DNA of 64,000 bases, taken from sequence record NC_049850.1. One strand, 5' to 3'. The notes under the pieces are model-generated. The model did not search any database. It had not been told where the DNA came from and saw nothing but the letters and a program-made list of their open reading frames with translations. Made by a program: the position numbers and the translations under genes. Every line of letters starts with the position of its first letter. Positions within the stretch are counted from its first letter, which is position 1. Below, in pieces: positions 34,871-43,950 of the stretch.

Positions 34871-36751
34871 CTAGCTCTTGAGCGCGGCACGCCGGTTCTT
34901 CAGCAGCGCAATTTCCGCCTCGATCTCGTGGTTGCCGGGATCGCGTTCCAGCTTCTTGTTGAGACGCACGATCTTGGCGCTGAGGCTTCGGTACAGCTTG
35001 ATATTGTCGCCCATGGATTCAGCGAACCTGCTGCTGCGTGCCGCCTGATTGACGACGCGTGCTTCGTGCTTCTCCTGAGCCGTTGCCCCGTTGTACGACC
35101 AGCGGTGCATTGAGCCCAGCGCCTCAGTCGTGTCGACCGCGATCTTCGGGTAGTTGTGCATGCGGGCCCGGACTTTTTCCGCAAGCCCCATAGTCGACAC
35201 AATGGCCAACATACGCTTCTTCGTGTTGTGGTTCCGAATGTTCCCGCGACCAAGAGACTGGATCGCCTTGTCGACCACATAGTCCTCTGCCACGTCATAG
35301 TCAGGCAGCAGCGCGGTCAGCAGTTGATCGAGCAGCGGTGGCGGATTGATGGCGGCCAAGAAGGCAACGACGTTCGAGTGCATGAACTCGTTACGTCCCT
35401 CGACGGCACCCACGCTCAGGTGATGGTAATACTTGCGGTTGAACGCGTGGCTCAGATACTCCTTGTTGACGACGACCACGCCCTGCTGCACCACGTTGTC
35501 ACGTTTGACCGGAGCATTGTCTTTCCACCACGACTTGATCAATCGGTTGCTGGATTTCACCATCCACGCAAACACGTCGACCTCGCACCCGATTTCGCGC
35601 ATGTACGATTCGAGTTCGATTTGCTCGGGTTGCAGAATCCCCTTCTGCACGTCGGGATCGCGTTTGGCCCGCACCAAGTCCTGCAAGTGCTCGGTCGTCA
35701 CACCCAACTCTTCCATCTTCAGCTTGAACGGCATCAGCTTTTCCACCGGCATGATGACGCCGCGATCCAACTGGTTCTTGCTCGGCATCGCCTTGTCCAT
35801 GAGAAGTGGGACAATCGTCAGCTTCTCGTATCGGGCACTGACCTCCGAATGGGCCTTACCAAAACCGCCCGGCAGATGCTTGTTCAGGAATCGGTCGGTC
35901 TCGTTCTGGACTTGACAGCCCTCCATCTTCAGCAGGTGGTACATCTGACTGTTCTCGAAGTCGGCACTCATGATCATGACGCTCTTGAAGCCCACGAACG
36001 GCTGGCTGGGCAACGTGATCCCGATGAACGAGCGCTTGGAGCCGTGGCCACGGAACGATCCGAACATCTGCATGCGCACCGGCCCATCATCACCAGTACG
36101 CAGCGCGTCGTATATGTTGACGAGCGTGCCAAACGACCGCGCGTCGCCCTTCATCTTCACGAGACTGGCCAACCGGTTTGCGGGCAGCGAACGCGCGCGC
36201 AGCGTCATCAGGCCCTGCGCCTTCTTCCCGGTAACGCTGACGAGTTCTTCGGTATCGAACAGTTGGTGGAACAGGCGCTCGGTGGGCTCGTCGAACGTCA
36301 TGTTCATGTTCTCGGTCACCCACTTGCGCGACTCGTCGAATATGACAGTCGTTTCCTTGAACTTCGGGTGTCGGCGCAACTTGATGAAGGCCGCGTGTGT
36401 CAGGAACAGAATCGAGCCCGGCAGAAATGGGAGCGGGGCCTTGGTGTCAGTCGAGCGCCCGTCGAGCGCGGCCCGGATTCTCTCGTCGACGGTGGCCGTG
36501 GTCGACGTGTGTTTGTCGGCCGAGCGCGCGTACTCAGCACGTATCATTCGCTGCTCGTTCTCGTCGAGCAGGGCCCGGAGATTACCCAGCGTCTGACGCA
36601 ACAGGGCTTGGGTCGGAGCCACGTAGAAAATGTAGCCCGTGCCCTTGACGCCCCTCATGCCACGACGGATGTGCTTGGCCATGAAGTTGACGGCGGCCCG
36701 AGTCTTGCCAAGTCCGGGAACGCCGGACACGTATTGAACGGTAATGGTCAT
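34871..36751 (-). CDS. SF2 helicase-domain protein, possibly origin-binding/replication initiator
   Basis: VSGVPGLGKT (I), YVAPTQAL (Ia), LTHAAF (Ib), IFDES (II), MSADF (III), EGRN (V), QSLGRGNIR (VI); start taken at MTITVQ; origin-binding role is inference. Confidence 0.8.
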   Translation of the reverse strand: MTITVQYVSGVPGLGKTRAAVNFMAKHIRRGMRGVKGTGYIFYVAPTQALLRQTLGNLRALLDENEQRMIRAEYARSADKHTSTTATVDERIRAALDGRSTDTKAPLPFLPGSILFLTHAAFIKLRRHPKFKETTVIFDESRKWVTENMNMTFDEPTERLFHQLFDTEELVSVTGKKAQGLMTLRARSLPANRLASLVKMKGDARSFGTLVNIYDALRTGDDGPVRMQMFGSFRGHGSKRSFIGITLPSQPFVGFKSVMIMSADFENSQMYHLLKMEGCQVQNETDRFLNKHLPGGFGKAHSEVSARYEKLTIVPLLMDKAMPSKNQLDRGVIMPVEKLMPFKLKMEELGVTTEHLQDLVRAKRDPDVQKGILQPEQIELESYMREIGCEVDVFAWMVKSSNRLIKSWWKDNAPVKRDNVVQQGVVVVNKEYLSHAFNRKYYHHLSVGAVEGRNEFMHSNVVAFLAAINPPPLLDQLLTALLPDYDVAEDYVVDKAIQSLGRGNIRNHNTKKRMLAIVSTMGLAEKVRARMHNYPKIAVDTTEALGSMHRWSYNGATAQEKHEARVVNQAARSSRFAESMGDNIKLYRSLSAKIVRLNKKLERDPGNHEIEAEIALLKNRRAALKS

Positions 36752-37320
36752 TTGTAGAAACGTACAAACGGTTGAGGTACTGTAAAATTGGGGATCGGGG
36801 GTCAGGTCATGGCTCGGGTCCTCTAGGACGCGGAAATAAGGTGAAAAAGTGCAATAATTGAGGTAGGTGTAGAAACGCCTCGCTCCTAAATACATTAAGG
36901 AGTGACCCATTTACACGCAGGGTGGGTTCGGGAGGGGCGCAGCCCCTTCCGGTGGGGTGAGCGCAGCGAACCCCTCACCGATCAATTCACGCAGCAACGT
37001 GTTCAACAAGGGGTCTCGTGTCTGCTCTGGGAATGCGTGTCGCTTCGCTCCACGCTGCCCACTCGCTTCGCTCGTGATTGCTGTCGCTCAGCCGGGGCTG
37101 CGCCCCGTCAACCTAGGTGCCCGGCCCGAACGTGGTTTTGACGCATTCTATTAGGAGTGGGTCGTTTATACTCACGCTCCTGAAATGCTAGTTTTTATGC
37201 TTATTTTGAAAAACAACGAAAAACCCCAAAAACGAGGGTTCTTGGGGTCTTGATGTGTGTTCCCTTACTTTGCGGTTTTAAGCATCGATTCCGCGTGTTT
37301 TTAATGAGAAAAACTACACG
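36752..37320. other. 570-bp structured non-coding region, candidate replication origin
   Basis: Several hairpins, inverted copies of GGGGCGCAGCCCC, three GAGCG(A/C)AGCGA copies, direct repeats TGTAGAAACG, AT-rich tract at about 37185-37320. Confidence 0.5.
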
Positions 37321-37518
37321 CTATTCGGGCTTAATCTGGGCTCCACATGACGGGCAGAAGTTGAGGTGTACGACCTTCCTCACGTTCCAGTCCCCGTACT
37401 CGATGGTGTGCTCCCACAGTTCGACGAACGGGTCGTAGGTCCGCAACTGATCCGTGACCCCGAGCCCGGCCCTTACGTCTTGCAGGTATTGTGCACGCTC
37501 CGTGCAGCACGCCGTCAT
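37321..37518 (-). CDS. small zinc-ribbon protein
   Basis: ACC...FCPSCG. Confidence 0.7.
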   Translation of the reverse strand: MTACCTERAQYLQDVRAGLGVTDQLRTYDPFVELWEHTIEYGDWNVRKVVHLNFCPSCGAQIKPE

Positions 37519-37955
37519 CAGTCTAGGTCCGCACGCAGTTGCGTGTACAGGTCGACCGCCTTCTTGGTCGGCGCGTACGCCTGCTCGAACGAGCGGCCGC
37601 CATCCGCAAGCGTCGCCTGCATGATCGGGACCGCGAACCCGTTCTCGACCAGAAAGTCGACGGACGCCGGGTTGATCGTGGACTGGGCGACGGGCCCGTG
37701 GTCGATCATGACGTTGAGCGTGTTGATCACGGCCTGCAACCGATCCTGAGACAGGTCGATGAATTCGTACGTCAGATCGTCGTACTCGTGAACATGCGTC
37801 ATCACGTCACGCAGATCGCGGTAGATTTCGTTGACCGTGCTGCTCGCCACCTGCGCGAGACGCGGCAGGATGCTCGTGTGCACGACGTGGGCCAGATGGG
37901 AGAGCCGGGCCATGCGCTGACCCACGATCAGTTCTGCTGCTGTTTGCGTTGTCAT
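37518..37955 (-). CDS. hypothetical protein
   Basis: AAGGAG SD; MTTQTAAE... Confidence 0.75.
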   Translation of the reverse strand: MTTQTAAELIVGQRMARLSHLAHVVHTSILPRLAQVASSTVNEIYRDLRDVMTHVHEYDDLTYEFIDLSQDRLQAVINTLNVMIDHGPVAQSTINPASVDFLVENGFAVPIMQATLADGGRSFEQAYAPTKKAVDLYTQLRADLD

Positions 37956-37965
37956 GCTTTTCTCC

Positions 37966-38193
37966 TTAGAACATTTCCAGTTCGGCGTTGGCGGACACGA
38001 AATACGTCTCACCACACTCGTCGCATTTCTGCTCGACGCCGCGCGGATCGCCGTACCAGCCGTCCTGCTCTTCGCCGCAGTACGGGCAGTTGATGTGCAT
38101 GGCCTTGACCGTGACCGTCTGCACGATACGATGGTCATCGGCCGTGGTCGGCGGTTTCTTACCGGCCAACAGCCCGGTTTCCTTGTCGCTCAT
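37966..38193 (-). CDS. small zinc-ribbon protein
   Basis: CPYCG...CDECG; AAGGAG SD. Confidence 0.75.
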   Translation of the reverse strand: MSDKETGLLAGKKPPTTADDHRIVQTVTVKAMHINCPYCGEEQDGWYGDPRGVEQKCDECGETYFVSANAELEMF

Positions 38194-38587
38194 TTTCTCT
38201 CCTTGCGTTGTAAGTTTCGATCTGCATCAGATGACGACGCACTTCCACCAACGTCGAGTGAAAGTTGCGGCGCACGCGACTCTGGTTCCCAAGCAGGTAG
38301 AAAATCTCATATCCGGTTTCCCATTCGTAGCTGCCATCCAGTTGCTGAACGCGACCGGCCCACGGACGAAAGTGCGGCTTTTCACGAATCTGGGCGGCAG
38401 TACGCGGGCACCCGGTCCCCGGATGGCGCACCATCCTGTTGGCCGAGAGCATGGCGTGCACCCGCCCGATTGCGCCGTCGAGCGTGCGGTGTACGGTGGT
38501 GCGCGGACGCTGCTGCATCCCACACGTGCCTCGCACGGTCCATCGACCCTGCTGAAACTTCATATGCGGCTTCGGGTGGTATCGCAT
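38159..38587 (-). CDS. basic hypothetical protein
   Basis: GGAGG SD downstream of a promoter. Confidence 0.7.
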   Translation of the reverse strand: MRYHPKPHMKFQQGRWTVRGTCGMQQRPRTTVHRTLDGAIGRVHAMLSANRMVRHPGTGCPRTAAQIREKPHFRPWAGRVQQLDGSYEWETGYEIFYLLGNQSRVRRNFHSTLVEVRRHLMQIETYNARRENERQGNRAVGR

Positions 38588-38613
38588 GTTACCTCCGTTG
38601 AATAGATGCCGCC

Positions 38614-38642
38614 ATTCTAGCGATAGCCGATCACGTGGTCAA
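38614..38642 (-). promoter_or_regulatory. sigma70-like promoter
   Basis: TTGACC-N17-TAGAAT, then 6 nt and ATCTATTCAA. Confidence 0.75.
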
Positions 38643-39005
38643 GAACTTCTTACGCTTGTAATCCCAGCCGAGCGCCGTGTAGAAGTTCCAGATGTTGCCG
38701 TGCGTGTTCTTCTCGATCTGGCGCAGAGGGTTGTTCTCGATTCCGTGTGTACTGTCGTAGAACTCAAGCTGGAACTTCCAATCGTCCTCGAACTGCATGT
38801 TCCAGAAACCACGGTCGAGTCGCTTCTTCGCGTAGAACGCGCTACCGGCTACCCTCTGCCAATGATGGACCCATGCGCCAAGCGTCTGGTTCGAGCGTCG
38901 GTAATCCGGGTCGCCGTACCCCGGGATCAGCACTACGTGCACGTTGGTTAGGACACGCGTCGCGTATTCCGGCTCGTGATACTCAACGAAGTGCACGCGT
39001 CTCAT
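38631..39005 (-). CDS. hypothetical protein, paralog of 39002-39346
   Basis: C-terminal NPLRQIEKNTHGNIWNFYTALGWDY. Confidence 0.75.
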   Translation of the reverse strand: MRRVHFVEYHEPEYATRVLTNVHVVLIPGYGDPDYRRSNQTLGAWVHHWQRVAGSAFYAKKRLDRGFWNMQFEDDWKFQLEFYDSTHGIENNPLRQIEKNTHGNIWNFYTALGWDYKRKKFLTT

Positions 39006-39346
39006 GCTCGAAATTCCAATGTTGTCCAGTTCCACCCGATACTGGTGAAAAAGTCGTAGATCGACCGATGGCTCTTGCTCTCGACATGCCGCAACGGATT
39101 GTCCGGCACGTAGTCCCAGCCGTCTGCGTACGCGTTCCAGTCACCGATGTCCATGTAGGTCGTGAACTTCCGGAATCCGGGCACCCGGTTCTTCATGTTC
39201 TGGCGCACGCGTTCCACCTGCGCGCGACGCCAGCCGCTGAGTGCGGTAGCCGCGTGGTAGCGTCCGACTTCCCCGAGCCCGGGGATGCCAATGTCGTGCA
39301 ACACGTGCGGCTGCGTACGCCACTCAAGCACGTAGATTCGATCCAT
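39002..39346 (-). CDS. hypothetical protein, paralog of 38631-39005
   Basis: C-terminal NPLRHVESKSHRSIYDFFTSIGWNW; AAGGAG SD. Confidence 0.75.
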   Translation of the reverse strand: MDRIYVLEWRTQPHVLHDIGIPGLGEVGRYHAATALSGWRRAQVERVRQNMKNRVPGFRKFTTYMDIGDWNAYADGWDYVPDNPLRHVESKSHRSIYDFFTSIGWNWTTLEFRA

Positions 39347-39354
39347 GTCTCTCC

Positions 39355-39699
39355 TTACCAGTTTTCGATCATCCAGTACACCCACGCCATCCGCGTCTTT
39401 CTGAGCAGCGGGTCGGCGTCGGTGGTCCGGATACGGTGCTGCCACCACAGCCACTCGTCCAGTCCGGAACAGCGGTCGAGTAACCGGGCGACACGGACGA
39501 TCAGATTGTCGACCGCGTTGTTGATTTCTCGATCCGTGAACTCTTGGCGTAGGCCACCGGACGCCCGGTAGATGGCGCTGCACACACGGTCAGCCTGCCT
39601 GTCTTCGAGCCACATGTAGGCACGGCACAGGATACGGCGTTGCAAGTCCGTGATGCCAAGCTTTTCCGCGAACTCGATCTTTTGCTGTTCACCCCGCAT
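39355..39699 (-). CDS. family F1 member (array gene 13)
   Basis: RVCSAI, GLDEWL, TRMAWVYWMIENW. Confidence 0.85.
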   Translation of the reverse strand: MRGEQQKIEFAEKLGITDLQRRILCRAYMWLEDRQADRVCSAIYRASGGLRQEFTDREINNAVDNLIVRVARLLDRCSGLDEWLWWQHRIRTTDADPLLRKTRMAWVYWMIENW

Positions 39700-40013
39700 C
39701 ACCAGTTCTCCAACATGAACTGAGTCCACGCGATCCGCGACTCCTGAACCCACTTGTGATTCTGCGAATAGGCTGGGTAGCCGCGCCGTGCCAGCCAGTC
39801 CGTGTATGAGATACAGCAGTCGATTTCGTTGTGGATGCGCCGCGACAAATCGCGCTCGGCCGCAAACATGGCACGACGCTCGGACGCTTTCGGCATCCGT
39901 TCCGCAACGATGTCGTTGACTCCATGTCCGATAGCGCCGCAGATGTACGTGTTGTTCCCGGCGCGCAGATGCTGGAGAGCACGAACCAACAGTTCTCGAT
40001 GTAACTCGTTCAT
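39699..40013 (-). CDS. family F1 member (array gene 12)
   Basis: YICGAI, SYTDWL, SRIAWTQFMLENW. Confidence 0.85.
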   Translation of the reverse strand: MNELHRELLVRALQHLRAGNNTYICGAIGHGVNDIVAERMPKASERRAMFAAERDLSRRIHNEIDCCISYTDWLARRGYPAYSQNHKWVQESRIAWTQFMLENW

Positions 40014-40390
40014 AACCAGTTCTCCAGCATGAAATCCATCCACGCGATCCGCGACTCACGCAGTTTCGCCGTGTCCTGATCATCGATGTGAACCTGACCA
40101 GTGTGATACAGCCACGCCGAATAGCTGCCAACCGGACTCAGGGCCGCGTGGATACGCGCGGTCAGCCGGTCTGTGGCCTCAGTCAGATACCGGAACTGAT
40201 CGCGGCGTTCGCGCTCCGTGATCATGCCCGTCCGCTGCATTTGGTGGACACTGCGCATACATTCCTCACGTGCCTCGAACAGTGCAAAGCAGATCATGGA
40301 GTTACGGCCGTCGACCATGCGATCACGTGCGACGCGTAGCACACAGCGTGCCGTATATCGGATTTTTGCGTTGTTGAATTCTTCGGTCAT
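40010..40390 (-). CDS. family F1 member (array gene 11)
   Basis: MICFAL, SYSAWL, SRIAWMDFMLENWL. Confidence 0.85.
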   Translation of the reverse strand: MTEEFNNAKIRYTARCVLRVARDRMVDGRNSMICFALFEAREECMRSVHQMQRTGMITERERRDQFRYLTEATDRLTARIHAALSPVGSYSAWLYHTGQVHIDDQDTAKLRESRIAWMDFMLENWL

Positions 40391-40791
40391 ACCCAGTTCT
40401 CCAGCATGAAATCCATCCACGCGATGCGGGTGGCGCGACGGGCCTCTACGCTACTGTGGCCCGTCCCGTACGGAATGCCGTGCCGCATTTGCAGCCACGA
40501 GTCTAAGGAACTTGCGCCCCCAAGCTCCTGACGAATGCGAGTCGCCAGTTTCTTGTGTGCGAGCCCGATGTATTCGAGCGCCGCAGCCCCATCTTCCACC
40601 GTGATCGTGCCCGCGTTCACCTTCTGCTCGACGATAGTGCTGTGTTCCTCAGCCACGTTTGCGAGGGCAAAACAAATCATGCTGCTCTGCTTTCGCACGA
40701 TGCGGAGCCGCGCGCACACCAAGAGCAAACGTGCGTAGTTCTTAACGGCGTGAGCCTCTACAATATCGTCGACTTCTTGTGTTTCGCTCAT
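40387..40791 (-). CDS. family F1 member (array gene 10)
   Basis: MICFAL, SLDSWL, TRIAWMDFMLENWV. Confidence 0.85.
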   Translation of the reverse strand: MSETQEVDDIVEAHAVKNYARLLLVCARLRIVRKQSSMICFALANVAEEHSTIVEQKVNAGTITVEDGAAALEYIGLAHKKLATRIRQELGGASSLDSWLQMRHGIPYGTGHSSVEARRATRIAWMDFMLENWV

Positions 40792-41171
40792 ACCCAGTTC
40801 TCCAGCATAAAGTTGATCCACGCTAAACGCGTGGCCCGCATCGGGTCCATGAGTTCTCGGGCCCGGAGTCCACGCGGCAGATGCCCATTATTCAGAACCC
40901 ACGACGTGAGCGACGTGTACCCCTGCAATTCGAGCAGGATGCGGTTATGCAGCGCGTCACGGGCCGCGTTCATCACGTCGATCACGTGGTTGCACTCGGT
41001 GGCCGACAGGCATCCGCGCAACAACGCGCTCCGGGCCGCAGCTACATGGTTGTCCTTTACGACCGAGATCGCGGCACAAATGTACTGCGACCGGCCTTCC
41101 TCGAATCGTTCGCGCGCCCCTTGCAACAGTGTCCGCGCCGCTGACCGAATTTCGTCATGCGTGGGCGTCAT
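40788..41171 (-). CDS. family F1 member (array gene 9)
   Basis: YICAAI, SLTSWV, TRLAWINFMLENWV. Confidence 0.85.
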   Translation of the reverse strand: MTPTHDEIRSAARTLLQGARERFEEGRSQYICAAISVVKDNHVAAARSALLRGCLSATECNHVIDVMNAARDALHNRILLELQGYTSLTSWVLNNGHLPRGLRARELMDPMRATRLAWINFMLENWV

Positions 41172-41503
41172 GCGGCCTCCACCTGCTCGATCATCCACTG
41201 GACCCATACGATGCGGGTCTCGCGGATTCCCTTCAGGTCGTAGTACGGATCGTTGCTGTTACGCAGTTGCCGGGACGACCAGCCGTTGAGCGTAGTGTAC
41301 GGGTAGATCAGGATATTGATCCACGCACCCAGATCACGCCGGGCACACACGAGATCGTTCAGCGTGTAGTTCTGGTTCGGGAGCAGGAGATTCAGGTACT
41401 TGTAGGCGCGATCCAGTGCGTTGCACAGGAACTCTTCATCCTTGTTGCGGATATAGCCCTTCGCCAATTGCAGCAGCCGGATTTTCAGCGCTTTGTGTTG
41501 CAT
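41168..41503 (-). CDS. family F1 member (array gene 8)
   Basis: FLCNAL, TLNGWS, TRIVWVQWMIEQ. Confidence 0.85.
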   Translation of the reverse strand: MQHKALKIRLLQLAKGYIRNKDEEFLCNALDRAYKYLNLLLPNQNYTLNDLVCARRDLGAWINILIYPYTTLNGWSSRQLRNSNDPYYDLKGIRETRIVWVQWMIEQVEAA

Positions 41504-41519
41504 GGTCACCTCCAAAAGA

Positions 41520-41567
41520 AAACGAGTTGCAAGAATACAGCGCGGGCCGTACCTTGTCAACTCGTTT
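41520..41567 (-). promoter_or_regulatory. sigma70-like promoter enclosed by a 14/15-bp inverted repeat
   Basis: TTGACA-N17-TATTCT (41560-41532); arms AAACGAGTTGCAAG / CTTGTCAACTCGTTT. Confidence 0.8.
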
Positions 41568-41570
41568 TCA

Positions 41571-41885
41571 TCACTTCCAGTTATCCAGCATCCACTGAAT
41601 CCACGCGATCCGCGTTTCTTGTGTGAGCGCTGCCGGAAGGTAGCGCTGGTTGTAGCCGGTTTCCTTCTCGATGTACGATTCCAGTGTCCACCGGAAACCC
41701 ATCTGATCGCGCTCGGCACCCATGGCCGCAGCCAGAATTCCATACACGTGCTCGCGCAGGTCCTCGGCGGTATCGACCATGTTGCGCTCACGCCCGATCT
41801 TGGAGATCAGGCAGCACACGAAGTCGTCACCACGCAGCAGCCGTCGCTGTGCCTCTTCCAGAATCTGGCGGTATTCAGCCTTCAT
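41571..41885 (-). CDS. family F1 member (array gene 7)
   Basis: FVCCLI, TLESYI, TRIAWIQWMLDNWK. Confidence 0.85.
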   Translation of the reverse strand: MKAEYRQILEEAQRRLLRGDDFVCCLISKIGRERNMVDTAEDLREHVYGILAAAMGAERDQMGFRWTLESYIEKETGYNQRYLPAALTQETRIAWIQWMLDNWK

Positions 41886-42111
41886 GCGACTGCTCCGGAT
41901 GCTTGAGGCGGCCACGTGGTTCCTCGTCGTTTTCCGCGCGCTCGACACCGACCGTGTAATTCGCAGTCGAGGCCGTTACGGTGGCCAGCACCGCAGTAAG
42001 TTCGACCGGCGTCAGCCCGTGCTTGGAGCCGAGGCCCTGCATGAACGTGTACAGTTCTGAGGTTGCGAGTGCGACACCCCAATGTCGCTCGTGAATCGGC
42101 ATCAGTCCCAT
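41875..42111 (-). CDS. unrelated small protein inserted in the array
   Basis: MGLMPIHERHW...; TAATG overlap; no F1 motifs. Confidence 0.65.
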   Translation of the reverse strand: MGLMPIHERHWGVALATSELYTFMQGLGSKHGLTPVELTAVLATVTASTANYTVGVERAENDEEPRGRLKHPEQSHEG

Positions 42112-42419
42112 TATGCCCAGTTCTCCATCATGTAGGTGAGCCACTGGACACGCGTTTCCTTCATGTCGCGCTTGTCCAGACGTTGGTGACCCGTGCACAG
42201 GCGCACGAAGTCGTCGAGGACAACCGGCTGATCTTCCGGGGTCCGTGTGCAGTTACGCAGAATCTGCGTCACGTGCGTGCGCAGCACCTCAGCCGCGTCC
42301 GGCGCGTTCAGGTGGTTGCCAGCGATACGGATGGCCGTACACACGAGCATCACACTGTCCGTCTCGATCAGATCGCGCGCCTTTTCCAGAATGCGGTAGT
42401 AGGTGTCACGCATCTGCAT
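42111..42419 (-). CDS. family F1 member (array gene 6)
   Basis: LVCTAI, VLDDFV, TRVQWLTYMMENWA. Confidence 0.85.
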   Translation of the reverse strand: MQMRDTYYRILEKARDLIETDSVMLVCTAIRIAGNHLNAPDAAEVLRTHVTQILRNCTRTPEDQPVVLDDFVRLCTGHQRLDKRDMKETRVQWLTYMMENWA

Positions 42420-42870
42420 CTTCCCCTTCCTGCTCTTGTTCCTCGGCCGCGATGCGCGGCAATTCGCGGGTGAAATCGATATCCTGCTCCACCATCCACC
42501 GGGCCCAAATGGCACGCGTCTGCTGGAGGTCTTCGAACACAAGTCCCGCTGCCTCGTACCCGTGGACGCGGTGAAGCCATGCTTCGAGCGTGCCCCCATC
42601 ACCCAGCACCTTACTGATGTACCACACAATCTCGCTGGCTTCTGCGCTGATGGTGGTGCCCTCGATTTCCAGCGCGTTGAAGAACGAACCGGGGCCCTCG
42701 ACCTCGGCGCGGGCACGCTGCTCGCGATTAATCTGGACAGCCGCCCCCTCGATTGCGTGGCACAGGAACGAGTGGACGTTACCGCAATGCGAATTCTGGC
42801 CCGGGCCATTTTCGAGCACCAGTTCTGCGGCACGCAGCAGAAGTTGCTTTTGGATTTCTTTCATCGTCAT
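42406..42870 (-). CDS. family F1 member (array gene 5) with acidic tail
   Basis: FLCHAI, TLEAWL, TRAIWARWMVEQ; start may be 42864. Confidence 0.85.
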   Translation of the reverse strand: MTMKEIQKQLLLRAAELVLENGPGQNSHCGNVHSFLCHAIEGAAVQINREQRARAEVEGPGSFFNALEIEGTTISAEASEIVWYISKVLGDGGTLEAWLHRVHGYEAAGLVFEDLQQTRAIWARWMVEQDIDFTRELPRIAAEEQEQEGEDADA

Positions 42871-43220
42871 TCTCCCATCATGTGACGGAGCCACGCGAGG
42901 CGGCCAAGCTTAGCGCGTTCGTTGCACGTGCTGCCGCGCGGTACTCCCAAGGTGTACGCCACCCAGCTTTCGTAGGTATTGAAACCCTTGATCTGGGACT
43001 GAACGAACCGCACCAGTTCTGCACCGGCCTGAACGTACTCACGCTGCTCATCCGTAGTCAGTCGGGCCGCCGGATTGTCGATGAATCCGGCGCTGCGCCC
43101 CGTCAGAATGTTGGCGGCACCCTCGATTGCGTGGCACAGGAAGTGGTGCTGATCGTACTGCGCGGACGCGATCACCAGTTGGTGGGCGAGCGCCAGAATC
43201 TCGTATTTCTTGCTCTTCAT
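42867..43220 (-). CDS. family F1 member (array gene 4)
   Basis: FLCHAI, TYESWV, GRLAWLRHMMGE. Confidence 0.85.
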   Translation of the reverse strand: MKSKKYEILALAHQLVIASAQYDQHHFLCHAIEGAANILTGRSAGFIDNPAARLTTDEQREYVQAGAELVRFVQSQIKGFNTYESWVAYTLGVPRGSTCNERAKLGRLAWLRHMMGE

Positions 43221-43570
43221 TGCCAGTTGTTCTCCATCATCCACGTGATCCACGCAAGGCGCGTTGCCCGCATCTTCACTTGTTGTTCGGGGCCCGCCAT
43301 GCTGGCCAGCGTCAGTTCCGGATGCCCGTTTTCGCGCAGCCACACTTCGAGCGTGTGGGCGCGTGAGCCGTCCTTCAACTCCAGCAGGTTACCGATGTGG
43401 TAGTCGATATCCAACTCTGCGATATGATACGCTTCTTGCTCCTGCGCCGTCAAATCAGCCGTGAGTTGGGTGACTGCCCACTGAACGGCGCTGCACACGA
43501 ATTCCTCGTTGCGCGCCTGAATCAGGTCCCATGCGGCCCGCAGGATTTCCCGGTGAATGTTCTTCTGCAT
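43217..43570 (-). CDS. family F1 member (array gene 3)
   Basis: FVCSAV, TLEVWL, TRLAWITWMMENNWQ. Confidence 0.85.
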   Translation of the reverse strand: MQKNIHREILRAAWDLIQARNEEFVCSAVQWAVTQLTADLTAQEQEAYHIAELDIDYHIGNLLELKDGSRAHTLEVWLRENGHPELTLASMAGPEQQVKMRATRLAWITWMMENNWQ

Positions 43571-43947
43571 CACCAGTTCTCCAGCATGTGCCGTACCCAC
43601 GCGATGCGAACTTCACGCGTTCGCACGATGTGCTCGACTTTCGTCACCAGATCGTAAAGCGGAATGCCCAGCTTCTTTTCCAGATAACTGTCGATGGTGC
43701 AGGAACCCGGGACCTCGCGGTCGAGAGCCGCGTTGATCGAGTTGTAGAGGGAGCGCGAGGCCACGCGCATTTCCTGCGAGCGCGCTGTCGGCCAACGCCA
43801 CACGGCACGGTGGTCGACAGAATCGCCGCCCAGCGCGCTACCCGCGCTGGCCACATGGCCGCAGATCAGGGTTCGCTGGTCGACCGGTGTTGCGATAAGC
43901 CTTTCGAGTACCACTTCGAGGATTTCACGTTCTTGCGATGTCAGCAT
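43570..43947 (-). CDS. family F1 member (array gene 2)
   Basis: LICGHV, TIDSYL, VRIAWVRHMLENW. Confidence 0.85.
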   Translation of the reverse strand: MLTSQEREILEVVLERLIATPVDQRTLICGHVASAGSALGGDSVDHRAVWRWPTARSQEMRVASRSLYNSINAALDREVPGSCTIDSYLEKKLGIPLYDLVTKVEHIVRTREVRIAWVRHMLENW

Positions 43948-43950
43948 CCA

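Noticed and set aside
35156-36757. Long antisense ORFs (35156-36757 +, 52403-53869 +, 58825-60030 +, 4741-6060 -, 17317-18567 - and many shorter)
   Set aside because: Shadow frames of real genes, typical of GC-rich codon use; they have no SD, no motifs and unnatural composition.
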